NCBI RefSeq assembly: GCF_036321535.1
Contig: NC_087436.1
Coordinates: 49,726,001 to 49,790,000, forward strand
Length of the DNA: 64,000 nucleotides
Direction: 5' to 3'
Origin: Camelus dromedarius
Lineage: Eukaryota
Both the position numbers and the translations under genes were made by a program. Each line of letters opens with the position of its first letter. The first letter of the stretch is position 1. The notes beneath the pieces were generated by a model, which was given only the letters and a program-made list of their open reading frames with translations, was not told the origin of the DNA and ran no database searches. Of this stretch, positions 24,702-35,615 are shown one piece after another.

Positions 24702-26599
24702 CTATTTACATTCTTTTTATTGGTTCTTGGAAACGCAGCAGGAGGCTGATGGGTGGAGCAGTTCTCAACTCTAAGCACATCCTCAAAAAGTGGAGTATTT
24801 TTATTTTTTGTTTTTAAAGATCATACTGTGCCATGATAGTTGAGAAGACAATAACAAAAGGCATGAGATGAATCACTGTGAAATCCAAACTCAGAGACAG
24901 AAAAGGAATGACGCCCCCCTCAAACCACTCCCTGGCTTTAGTGTCATACACAAGTATGTATTTATAACCATGCCTTGATGGTGATGGTGCTGATGAAAGT
25001 AGCAATGGACAGTAATTTCCAGGAGCTTTCCTTTCCATTATACATACGCACATTCCCTTGAGTCTAGGGATAGTTTGGACTAACACCTGTACTGCTTCAT
25101 TTAATGCAAACAGATTAGAGATGCAACTCTCTATGAGAAATAACTCAAGAAATTTAAATGCAGTTAAGTGGCTTCCATTTTCACTTGTGTGGAATAGTGC
25201 TATTTCTATGAAAATGCCAACTATTTGTGATTTATACAGCTAATGTGAACTCTTCGCCAGATCATGTATTTCTAAAAACTGCAAAATAAGGGTGGGCATT
25301 ATCTGCGTTGTCACCATGACTCAGGTTATGGGTGGCTGGATTTCTAAAGATTCCAAGGATTTCCTTTAAACACCTAGTCCTAGAAAAGCTCCGGGCTGGA
25401 TTCTTCAGTCTCCTTCCAAGCGAGCTATTAAGAAATGCTGCGGAAGGCATTTCCTGTTTCCTCTGCGCTTCTCTCAGATTTCCATGACATATTTAATCTG
25501 GGTCTTGTGACCTGTCAACTTTTAATAGTTCTAATTGCCCAACTCTCTGCTCTTATGTGATCATAAAATCCTTTTAACATTTTACTTTTCCCCTCAAGAA
25601 AATGTATCCCGATTTCCGGGACGTGACCTTCAGCTTCTCTGGTAAATACACAGGCAGAGAATTCATTGAGGCTCTCAGCAAAGGCAGCCTCCTCTGTTGC
25701 CAACTGCCCACTCACCCCCTTAATGGCCCTAAGGATGCCTTGCTGGGTTGAGTGCTTTTAATGTCATCAAAGAAGTTTATCCTCTGATTTGGTAAAATTT
25801 TTGGTCACATTTTCTCCCCTGGGCCCTTTCAGCGTTCCCTTCCAAGGGTACAGGATTTGATTTTCAATTTCTTTAAAATTTCTGGATCTTGGAAAAGGGT
25901 AGGGGAGCCTTTTCTTTGCTGCATCATTCTAGAAACATTACTTTTCCACTTTGATCTTGTAAAATGCTAAAACAAATTTACCACTTATTAGTGGGACTGG
26001 CATTCTGGGTGATGCTGTGTTTTTAAAAACAACTTCCCTGTTATTTACCCTAACCTTAATTCAGTGGCCTGTCTCTTTCTGAATTAATGATTATATGCTG
26101 TATTTTATTTTCGGTCTTCCTAAATTTCCATGTCTCTAAACACCTCTAGCTTCTATTTGGGATTAAATCATATGCTTAATGAGATTTAATCACTGCTTTC
26201 CATATTCTCTCTTTCCTTTGAGTCCTAAATATTATTTAATTGGAAGCCTGGCATTCTTTCCTTCCTTTTCAGGTTGATGTACACATTAAATTAGAAAGCA
26301 GCTTTGCACCAGATCCAACCCTACTTCCTCCACTTGATGTAATCCTGTCCTATGCGTAGGTAATTAAAATCTTCCACTATTACTGCCCTGCCCTTTTCTT
26401 GCTCTGTGCACGTGTGTGAGTGTATGAGTGTGCGTGTGATATTTCATAGTTCATTTCTGCAAGACAGCCTATAACATTACTGTTACCACATTTTCAACCA
26501 ATTTATAATACATAACCCCCGCCCTTCCTCACACCTTGTTTCAGAAAATCATCAATCAGGAATAATCAAATTTGCCCTATAAACAAAGTATATTTTTAA

Positions 26600-26965
26600 A
26601 TTTCTGTTGGTTCTTAAAAATACGAGTGCCTAATATAGAACAGTCATTAAAAGGTTTATAAAAGCCGCAGATTTAATGTACTTACATTAACAAGGTTTTG
26701 CTCAACCATAATTGACCACTTTAGGTAAGCAGTTAGAACGAGGTGGCTGGGAAATTATGAAAATATACGCACACGTCGCAGGTGGGCTGATGACCTTATA
26801 AAATGGCCGCATATTTTAAAAAGAAACAGAGCCCTGCGTAGAAAGGAAATTTTGAAAATCTAGGAGCAGTCTTTGGATTGTTTGCTGCCACTGCTTCTAG
26901 GCAACAGGCAAGAGATGTTTACAATCTGGGCTCTCCCCTGCCCCCACCTCTGGAAGCTTTTCATC

Positions 26966-26996
<31 letters not shown>

Positions 26997-27800
26997 GCTG
27001 CCGCTTAGATGGAACCACAGGCCCGGGTGCTGGTCCTGCCCCTCCCCCGCGCGCTGCCGGCTCCGGAGCCCAGCTGTTCAGGCCTATCTAGCTAATCACC
27101 CCGTTTACCACCAGGCTCCTTTGTGGAAGTTAATGTCCTGTTCAGAGAGGACAGTGCTGCCGGGAGAGGCAGGGATTTGATTTCCCGTTTCACCTGTGAG
27201 AAACACAGCATCAGGACGAAGGTGCCTCTTTTGTCCTTGACGCTTGACTCCCTTGCCACCGCGGTGGGGCAGCCCAGTGAGGTGCGAGCAGGGCCCCCAG
27301 CTGAAGCAGGCCTTCGAACGGGGACCCTTGACCTGAGTGTCACAAAGAATGCTTTTCTTCAAGTGAATGCCCACGTTTTCCAAAATAACAGGAAGGAATA
27401 TGATTTTGACTTTTTAAAAACGTGTAACCTCTGTCTGTTAAGAAATGGAGGGGTGGAAATTAAAAAGATAACATTGTATTAAAAAAAATAGCAATAATGG
27501 GGTATCAAACCCTGAAAATAACTCATTTCTGGCCTCATGAAACAAGCTTTAATTCTTCTTTTTTCTTTTGGAAAGCCAGAAGATATTTGACAAAGAAAGG
27601 AAAGACACGTACGGGTGAATTGAGGGAAAGAAAAATCGAGGGCTGGGGCTGTTCGGCCAAGGTTACGGTTCTAGTTGCCAGGAAACCTCTTACACCTGGA
27701 TTTGCCACCACCCAGAGCTGGCTCAGGCTGACCAAACAGCAGCAGCTGAATTTGAGATGTGTCAGCTCGACAGAGGCGGGGTGGTGATCTTTCAGGGATG
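26600..27800. promoter_or_regulatory. CpG-rich island 2 with GCC repeat
   Basis: CpG-dense at 26970-27320. Motifs: YY1-like aaaatggccgc 26800-26810, forkhead tgtttgc/tgtttac ~26879 and ~26916, RFX-like ctaggcaac ~26897, and tttataaaa. No recognisable repeat. Confidence 0.6.
26970..26996 (+). repeat. (GCC)9 trinucleotide repeat with GCT-interrupted flanks
   Basis: Read directly from the sequence. Confidence 0.97.
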
Positions 27801-27999
27801 TTGTAGGCCGACTCTCTCCATCTGAGGGAAGGGTAGACTAGGGGATCTTTTTGCTTCCTTTCGTTCTGACTTTGACTGATTAACAGTCCTCTCAGTATAC
27901 AGTAGTCATGTGGAGAGGTCTTCCAGTCCACTCGTTATGAACCCAGGCTCGGGGGCTGATGGCTCTGTTCCAACTGTGGCACCGTTGCTTCTCCCTCAG

Positions 28000-28150
28000 G
28001 TAAATGCTCTTCTGCTCTTTCCTTTCTTCATCTGTAAAGTGGGGACAATTCCTCATAGGACTGTTACAACGATTTAATGAGATAACACACGTGTTCACTT
28101 AGAACACTGCCTGGAACATAGTAAGCATTCCAAGAAGTGTTGGCTGTTAA
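28000..28150 (+). mobile_element. MIR
   Basis: Core tcatctgtaaagtgggga...cttagaacactgcctggaacatagtaagc. Confidence 0.75.
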
Positions 28151-29314
28151 AATTCATATCCTTTTTAATGAACTAAAGGAGAGAATTGGTCATTAAAATG
28201 CATCTTCATGCTATTTGCTATCATAGTATCACCAACAAAATGTGGTTAGTATTCAGTATTACTGGGCCTGATGTCAGAATTCCACACAAATTAGAAGAAA
28301 AGAATCCAACCTAAAAATCAGAATTTAAAAATGGAACTTAAACATAGACATTTATGAGGTCAGCATGGCACCTTTGCTATTCATATGCCTATGAATCCTT
28401 GTTTCCTTCAAACTCTTTAAGGAATATTAATAAGGAGCACTTATTTACTGCAAGATGCTTTAACGAAGATGATATCTGATCCTCAACTCAGATCTTAAAA
28501 TAGTATGGTGATTATTCCCATTTCACAAAGTAGGAATTAAGTTCACAAGGATTCAAAGATTTTTCTGATTTTCACAGCTATCAAGTGATGGAGCTGAGGA
28601 CTCTTGAGTCTTCTGATTTTAGATTCTGGGCTTTTCTCACTATGCACTTGTGTTTCTGCCATGGGAAATGGGGCATTAGGGTTGGGGGGGCAGATTGAAA
28701 ATACAGAAAAAATGAATGAGAGGGAAGGGAAAGAAGGACATAAGTGTGAGGGATAGTAAGTTATTTATATTTGTATCCTGCGTAGCAAGAAATATGTTGC
28801 TGGAAGGAAGCCACCCCAGACCCTATTGTCTATGCAACCTTTATCATCAGGGCCTTAGTTCTGTTTAAAGACACATTAGGAAAAGGCATGACCCTGACTT
28901 CTGGCTTTTACCCACTAATCCAGGTACAAACAGAGTCTCTTTCTCAAGGACTCCTTGTCTTTTCTGTCTGTCTAAATTTCTCTTGTATTTCAAACAGTTA
29001 CCATTCCAGGTAAAGCTTTATCAGGAGAACAAAGCTAGAGTTTGGCTGGAAGTTTTGAACTAAGATGCTGTAATTACAACCTGTTTGGTTAAGGCTGTTG
29101 GTCATAGAGAGTATGGAACACCTGCACCTCACAGCCAGTCCAGGATACCATTTCGTTTTAATTTTAAAGTGTTGACTTTAATCTGTATGGCTTTATTTGA
29201 CTTGGACACTTGTTACCTTAGAGATCAGCTGTCTTCCTTTATAACCTCATAGCAACTGGGAGCTACTAAGCAGCGTTTGGTCATAATTTTTAACTGCCAA
29301 AGGCAGAGGGGTAT

Positions 29315-29316
<2 letters not shown>

Positions 29317-29390
<74 letters not shown>

Positions 29391-29408
29391 TAGAGAGAAG
29401 AGAGAGAC
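29317..29408 (+). repeat. Compound microsatellite (GT)12(GA)18 plus imperfect GA
   Basis: Read directly from the sequence. Confidence 0.97.
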
Positions 29409-30479
29409 AGCTTCTTGTTTTCCTTCCCAATCAGCCCCCTTTGATGCATTTATGAATTGTGCCTATATGCAGGATTTCAACTCAGGGTCTTTCTTAAGAG
29501 GGCACTTTCAATGGACTGAAAGAATACCAGAAGCCATGGTATATGTTGGCAGTCACCTCCCTCACATACTCTGGATCTTCAACTAGATCAGGAGTCCAAC
29601 TCTAGAATTGAGATTTCAGGAGGAGGAACGGGGTAAAGTTTGGCCCACCCCTCTCTTGAAGAATTCTGAAGAATTCCAAGGAATGAGAATTTTAAATGAT
29701 CATAAGACATACCTAAACTCACCAGGAAAGGAAGCTGTAGTGGGTCTAGTTTCAATGTTGTCCTATCTTGAAATTGAGAGGGATTTTTGGCCTCTGTTTC
29801 TAGGAGTGCTATTAGATTTTTCTTTTTAAAGCATATTAATAAATACAATACTGACAGAGGGGGAAGAAATATCTCCTCATTAAAATGGAAGTAATGAGAG
29901 AGAGAGAGTTGATATTGCCTGGGGATTAAGAGAAAGCAATATCTAAGAGGGACACCAAAGCACCCAGGGGGAAAGAGCCAGTATGAAGCCCTGAAACCAG
30001 TGGAGCTGCGGGAACTGAGAACGCGGATGATGTAGGACCCCGGAGACCATGGAAACAGACAGAGGAGGCATTATGAGGGATTGAGGATAATTTTTAAGGA
30101 GTATGGTACTTTTGTGACTTGATGTCCATTGCATTGTGTAGTTAGAGAATTTGCTGATATTATTTTATATTAATTTAGCAACATTCTATAATGCTGTTCT
30201 GTGAGAACTTATAATTGGCCACATAGAGCTATTTAAGGACATTATTTCTCCAGTAGATAGATTGAGTCCATTGTAATTCTGCTCAAAAATACCTTGCTCC
30301 TCTGTGGACAGGGTGTTTCTGCTACAAGAGTTATAGCACATTTTACATCCTAGAAGCCAAGCCACATGATATACCTTAGACTGGTTGAAAATCAGAGGTT
30401 TAATCTCTCATGAGTCTGTCCCAAAAGACATAGCTGAAGGTGGAGAGTCTTATGCTGAAAAAAGTGAGATTATGTAAAA

Positions 30480-30950
30480 ATCTACATTCTGAAAAGTGAG
30501 AGAACTTCCCTACTTGAATCTAAGAACAGTGGCAGCCAGGCTATAAATCCCAGATGGGAAAGTAAAGCATTCCTTTTGGTAGAAGAAATCCTAGAGGTAT
30601 TGAGTGTTCCAGATTCCCTGGTAAAACGGTTCAGCCTGATGAGAGACAGTAAATAAGACCAGCCCATGGACACAGAGTATCCAAGCAGCTTCTTAGCACT
30701 GCAACTGAAATATGAATGGACGGCCATTTTATGGAGGGAAAAAAGGCCCCATAACATGGGAGAGAGAGCACAAATAAACCAAAGGCAAAAGAACTTTGAA
30801 GAATTACTAAACAATTCAGAGAGCAGAAAAAATATTAAAAACATTATAATTAATGTCTTCAGATAAATAGTGAAGTGGCTGCAACCTTAAAATGAGAATC
30901 AGAGGCTGTAAAAAAGAGAAAATTGAAAGCAGGAGATGTCCAACCACTAG
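30480..30950 (+). mobile_element. HAL1/old L1 ORF1-like fragment
   Basis: A-rich aaaacattataattaatgtcttcagataaatag...gaggctgtaaaaaag resembles recalled HAL1. Confidence 0.4.
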
Positions 30951-30955
30951 AATGA

Positions 30956-31105
30956 GGGGGTAGGGAGGGTACAGCTCAAGTAGTAGGGCACATGCTTAGC
31001 ATGCATGAGGTTCTGGGTTCAATCCCCAGGACCTCCCCCAAGAATAAATAAATAAATAAACCTAATTATCTCCCCCCACCAGAAAACAAAAAAGAAAAAT
31101 TAAAT
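30956..31105 (+). mobile_element. tRNA-derived SINE (vic-1-like)
   Basis: gggagggtacagctcaagtagtag...ctgggttcaatccccagg, then (aata)n, cctaattatctcccccc and an A tail. Confidence 0.9.
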
Positions 31106-32765
31106 TTACAATGAATAGTGAGAAAAGGAATCCTAGGAGAAGAGGATACATATAAATCTAGTTGGTCCTCATCACAGACCAAGAAAAGTTCCCAGAAAGC
31201 TGTTTAAACAAGGAGGCAGTGTTACCAGGCATCAGTAAAGGATGTGGAATATGGTAGGCATTTGGTTTAATATTCGCAGATACTCTGGAAGGTGAAAAAC
31301 CATATAAAGTGGCTCATGAATGTCTCTATGTTGGCACAAACTCTTCATAATTATTTCATGAAACCTGCCTGCTACCTTTTGTTTGAACAGAAAATTCAAA
31401 AATTATTAGTAGCTGATTGCTAATTAGGGTGTTTAAAATATTTACTAAGAAAAATAAGTTTCTGAATTGTCTCCATAATGTTGAAAATGTTCTTTCTATG
31501 AATAATTTGCTAATAATTCAATATTGTGGTGGCCAAGTCTTGATCTATATGGACTACAAAGGCAGTTTTCAACCATCATAACAAAGATACTACATGTATA
31601 TTTATGAAAATGACTTATGGAAAACAGATCTGTTACTTACAAAGGAAGAGGAAGTATCAAATTACAACAAACTGTAGAAGTCTGATAACTTTATTTGGTG
31701 TGTATCAGGAAGGATTTTTATAATCTCTTTTTGAAACCTACATAGTCAAGTCTTCCATTTTTTGACGTCTAGGCAGTACCTGGTATGTGGTGGGCACTCA
31801 GATATCTTCTAAAAGAATTATTAAATAAAATTCAATTGAGTAAAATTGAATAAAATTTTGGAAGGTGAACTATCTAGAATCACAATTATAGCAAACCAGA
31901 GAGAAAATGACCTATTCTGTTAAAAAGCAAAAACCTTAAGTCATAGAAATTCTGTAGTCCTCATTCTAGTCTCTTGAAGTCCCACTATCATAAAACATAT
32001 TTTTGTACTTAAATTAGACTTCTAGTTTCAGAGTTTAAGATCATTTCCTCTTTTCCGCCCCGTCATTTTTGGATATGAAAGCTCTACTAGCCGAATGAAT
32101 TGATCGCACGCAGGCCTAAAGCCTGAGCAGGCAAGGGGTGTGCTATGCCCGGAAAACATTCAACTCAGATCTGTGCTGAGGTTTTTACAAATTTCTTGAA
32201 CCTGGTGAAGAGTCAAGCACATGGCCAGAGTTTCAATAACAGGTAGAAATAGCCAGAAGTTACAAAACCTTTGAGAATGATAAGCCAAGTCTGTTTGAAG
32301 GATGTGACAGAATCTTAACTCCGATTAGGTAGTATCCAAGTAGAAAGACTGCTTCATAAGGACTTGAAGGGTCAGGAGGCCTGGCTTGCCTCTCTGTCTG
32401 GATGTGGCGCTCTTTTTGCCTGGCTTGTACAGCTGTCTGTTTGTAGTAAATTATATGTTTTACCTGCCCTAAGAGAACTCATATCCTTTGCCTGTATGTG
32501 TTGCTGTCTTCCTGTCAATCACAGAATCATCACCTTTTTGACAACCATGCAGACCTATTAGTAAGAATCCTTCACATATGTGAAGACCATTCTGCCTTTC
32601 AGCTTTCTCGTCTCTGGATGTAGTACCCTTTTTTTTAATGAATTATTTCCAAGCCATCTAATCATCACTGTTTCCATCTACCTGCCACTAACATGTTCAA
32701 GCTCTTAGAACTTTTTTGATATTTTTTCTTAATAGTTTTAACTACGATCTTCTTCTTCTTCTTCT

Positions 32766-32805
<40 letters not shown>

Positions 32806-33179
32806 AATCCAGTACAAAAGGCATCTCTACTTTGACATCAGAGACCCATGTTCAGATCACGTTTTGCCATATATTCTGGATCCTTTGGGAATTATTTCAC
32901 CTGTGAGCCTAATTTTTAAATGAGTATCAACGTAAATTAGAGAATACTCTACAATGCAGTTGTGAGGATTATTATGGTAATGTGAAAGGTGCTGAGAAAT
33001 ATTTCATGCATAATGAACATTCAGTGGAAGTTGATTTTTCTTTTATGCATTTAATTATCAATATATGATAGTTCTTACTATCTCAAACACACACAAAGCA
33101 TTTATTCTTATATATTTACCACAGGATTTAATAGTCAGTGATAAAAATAAGACATGATAATTTATCATAGAGGTTGAGA

Positions 33180-33790
33180 AGTGGTCTTATTGGGAAATAC
33201 ATTTCCCAGAATTCTCTTCTCTGTGTGGGTCCAAGTTAGGGCTGGCTGTAAGAAAATTTATGCAAGATTTAAAAGATGGGCGTGAAGCAGCAGTAATTAT
33301 GCTGGGAGGGTTAGTGTGCAGGACGCCAGAGGCTGTATTGTAGCTGATCTTCAGATACACGTTGCTGATGTCCTGCAGCAGCTGGGTCTGCGGCTTCTCT
33401 GGCTCTCACTGGATACTCCCAGCTTCCCTGAGACCTGGGCCAGACGTGTACACAACTGTGAGGTCGAGTGTGCCAGCTTTGTATACAGCCATTGTGTGGT
33501 CAAGTTTAGAGGCACGGAGAGGGAGAGCCGCCGGCAACTTCTAGTTTGTCTTGTGGGTTCCTGTTTACTCTTTCACATTCCAATTTGCATTTGCTTTCAC
33601 CCATTTCATGCCCAGCTTTTTATCTTAAATATGTGCCTGTTTACATTCCATGACTTCAGACCTCCCCAGACACAGAGACAGCGGCTTTTCATAGACGCCA
33701 TCACCAGTTCCCAAAATTCAGTAAGTTCTATCATAAATCCTTTATTCCTTATCGTTCATAGTGGACCTTCTTGCTTGAACTGATATGCCA
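33180..33790 (+). mobile_element. ERVL-class LTR (LTR41-like)
   Basis: acatttcccagaattctcttctctgtgtgggtccaagttaggg start and ataaatcctttattcc...catagtgg end. Family assignment is from memory. Confidence 0.45.
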
Positions 33791-33860
33791 TAGGTAACTG
33801 GCTTACTTTTCCCCAAAATAGTTTTTTTCTTTTGTATTTGAAAAGATGACCCTTTTTTAT

Positions 33861-34046
33861 ATCTGAGGCTCAGGAACTGGTCATGTTTAATCATTCCATA
33901 GCCAATGTAGTGTGAGTTACAAAAGCATTATTTAAAAAAAAAAAAGCATTATTTGTGCTCACTTCTCTATCTGAGGCCCCAAAACTGGTCTTGTTTAATC
34001 ATTGTAGTGTGATATACTGGGAGTTACAAAAGCATCATTTGTGTCC
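33861..34046 (+). repeat. Diverged local tandem duplication (copies start 33861 and 33969)
   Basis: atctgaggc...aactggtc.tgtttaatcatt...gagttacaaaagcat.atttgtg occurs twice. Confidence 0.9.
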
Positions 34047-34529
34047 AACTCTCACTCACATTTATTATCCTTCTTTTTCCTTTTATCCTTTCTTTCCCTT
34101 TAGATAGTCCAGGTTTATTGAATCTCTGTTATGTGCCAGGGACTTCTTTGCCAAGTAGTTTGCATTGTATCATTCAATCTTTACAGAAATTCCATGAGAC
34201 AGGTTACTATTGCTATTCTCTTTAGAAATGAGAGAGTAAAAGTTCAGAGACAGCTGAGTTTGATATTATTGTCTCTGTGTTCCTGGAACATAGTTGGTGG
34301 CCCATTTGAAAAACTACCAACACATCAGTTTATAGAAAATCATAAGTGTTATTTACAAAGTAAGGGGACATACCAAATTTCAGACAGAGCAAATATCACA
34401 GTGAATTGTGGAACTTTATTTGGTCAAAGGTCACACATGGGAATAGAAAATGGTAGAGCCAGGAGTCTGCGTGCAGGGTCTGAGAGCTGAACCAACTCTC
34501 TACACTACTACACATTTTAGCATCGCACT

Positions 34530-34775
34530 CTGAATCAGTTTGGCATTCTCCACAAAAACCTGCTAGAATGGTTATTGGGATTATACTAAATAGATTGATC
34601 CATTTGGGAAGAATTAACAGCTTAAAAATATTGATTTTTTCAGTCTATAAATTTGTTATATTTCTCCATTTGTTTCCATCTTCTTTACTTTCACACAACA
34701 ATTCATTTTTATATTTAAGTATAGAGGATTTACACATCTTTTGTTAAATCTATTCTAAGTATTTTAATCTTATAT
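34530..34775 (-). mobile_element. Old L1 ORF2 fragment
   Basis: ctgctagaatggttattgggatt...atttgggaagaattaaca...tctccatttgttt are typical antisense L1M ORF2 motifs. Confidence 0.6.
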
Positions 34776-35615
34776 GAATTACCCTTCCAAGGCCAAGGAA
34801 TTAGGTAACTTGAATAATGTAGCAAAACACACAGTGACAGAATTAAACTAGAAAAGAGCTACTAGTTAATGGCAAAATTTTCAAGTTGGGTAAACCCTTT
34901 GCAACACTGTTGGGTAATATAAACATATAGACCAAAATATAGATAAATGTAGATCATTGTACCCTGAATAAGTACACTAGAGTACATCGTTAAATGATGC
35001 TCCAAATTAGGATGCCTTGAATTGTTCTTAGTGAGTTGCTGGATTTTGATGTTAGATGGCAGAGTAAAAATTAGCAAATAATAATAGGAACAAAGAGAAA
35101 ATTGGTTCCATAGGCTGTTCAACTAAGATTGTCAACCCAGTAAATGGCCTAAATGGTTCTCGGAGCAAGGCTGGTGGAAATTTCTAGAGCAACAGGAATA
35201 GAGCGCTTCATCCTCTCACAATTTGTGGGCATTTATGAAGGATAATGTGAGACTTAGTACAAACTTCTAAGTGATAGCAGATAAGATGAGCATTTTGAGG
35301 ACCAAGTGGCAGTTCTAATACTATGACAATGAGAAGAAAGGAGATGATAACCTTCATCATGAGTCTTAGCATTTTGTTCATTCACATAAGAGTTTCCAGC
35401 ACCGAAACAGGTAGGTAACATAAGGTGTTTTTAGAGTGAACTGACAACAACATGTACATTTTTACCAGTGACAAACTAGAAGTTATAGAATAATGAGGCA
35501 CCAGCTGATTATAATTCTAGTATTAAGGATTTATCAATAAAGAAGCAGATATTCTTTGTGCTGGTCCTGCTTATAAATTCTTGGTGGAAGACAGGACTAT
35601 TTGGGACTCTCGAAG

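Noticed and set aside
26873..27180. Poly-Arg / poly-Pro proteins
   Set aside because: These are translations of the GCC repeat from TTG starts, with no supporting domain or exon structure.
29600..30326. Possible Gypsy-like mammalian LTR ending ...ctgctaca
   Set aside because: The resemblance is too weak to assign without a profile search.
32749..32800. (CTT)n + poly-T as a retrocopy tail
   Set aside because: No TSD or attached element body is visible, so it is treated as a simple repeat.
33316..33783. 155-aa ORF
   Set aside because: Lies in an LTR-like element, has a GTG start, and shows no protein motif.
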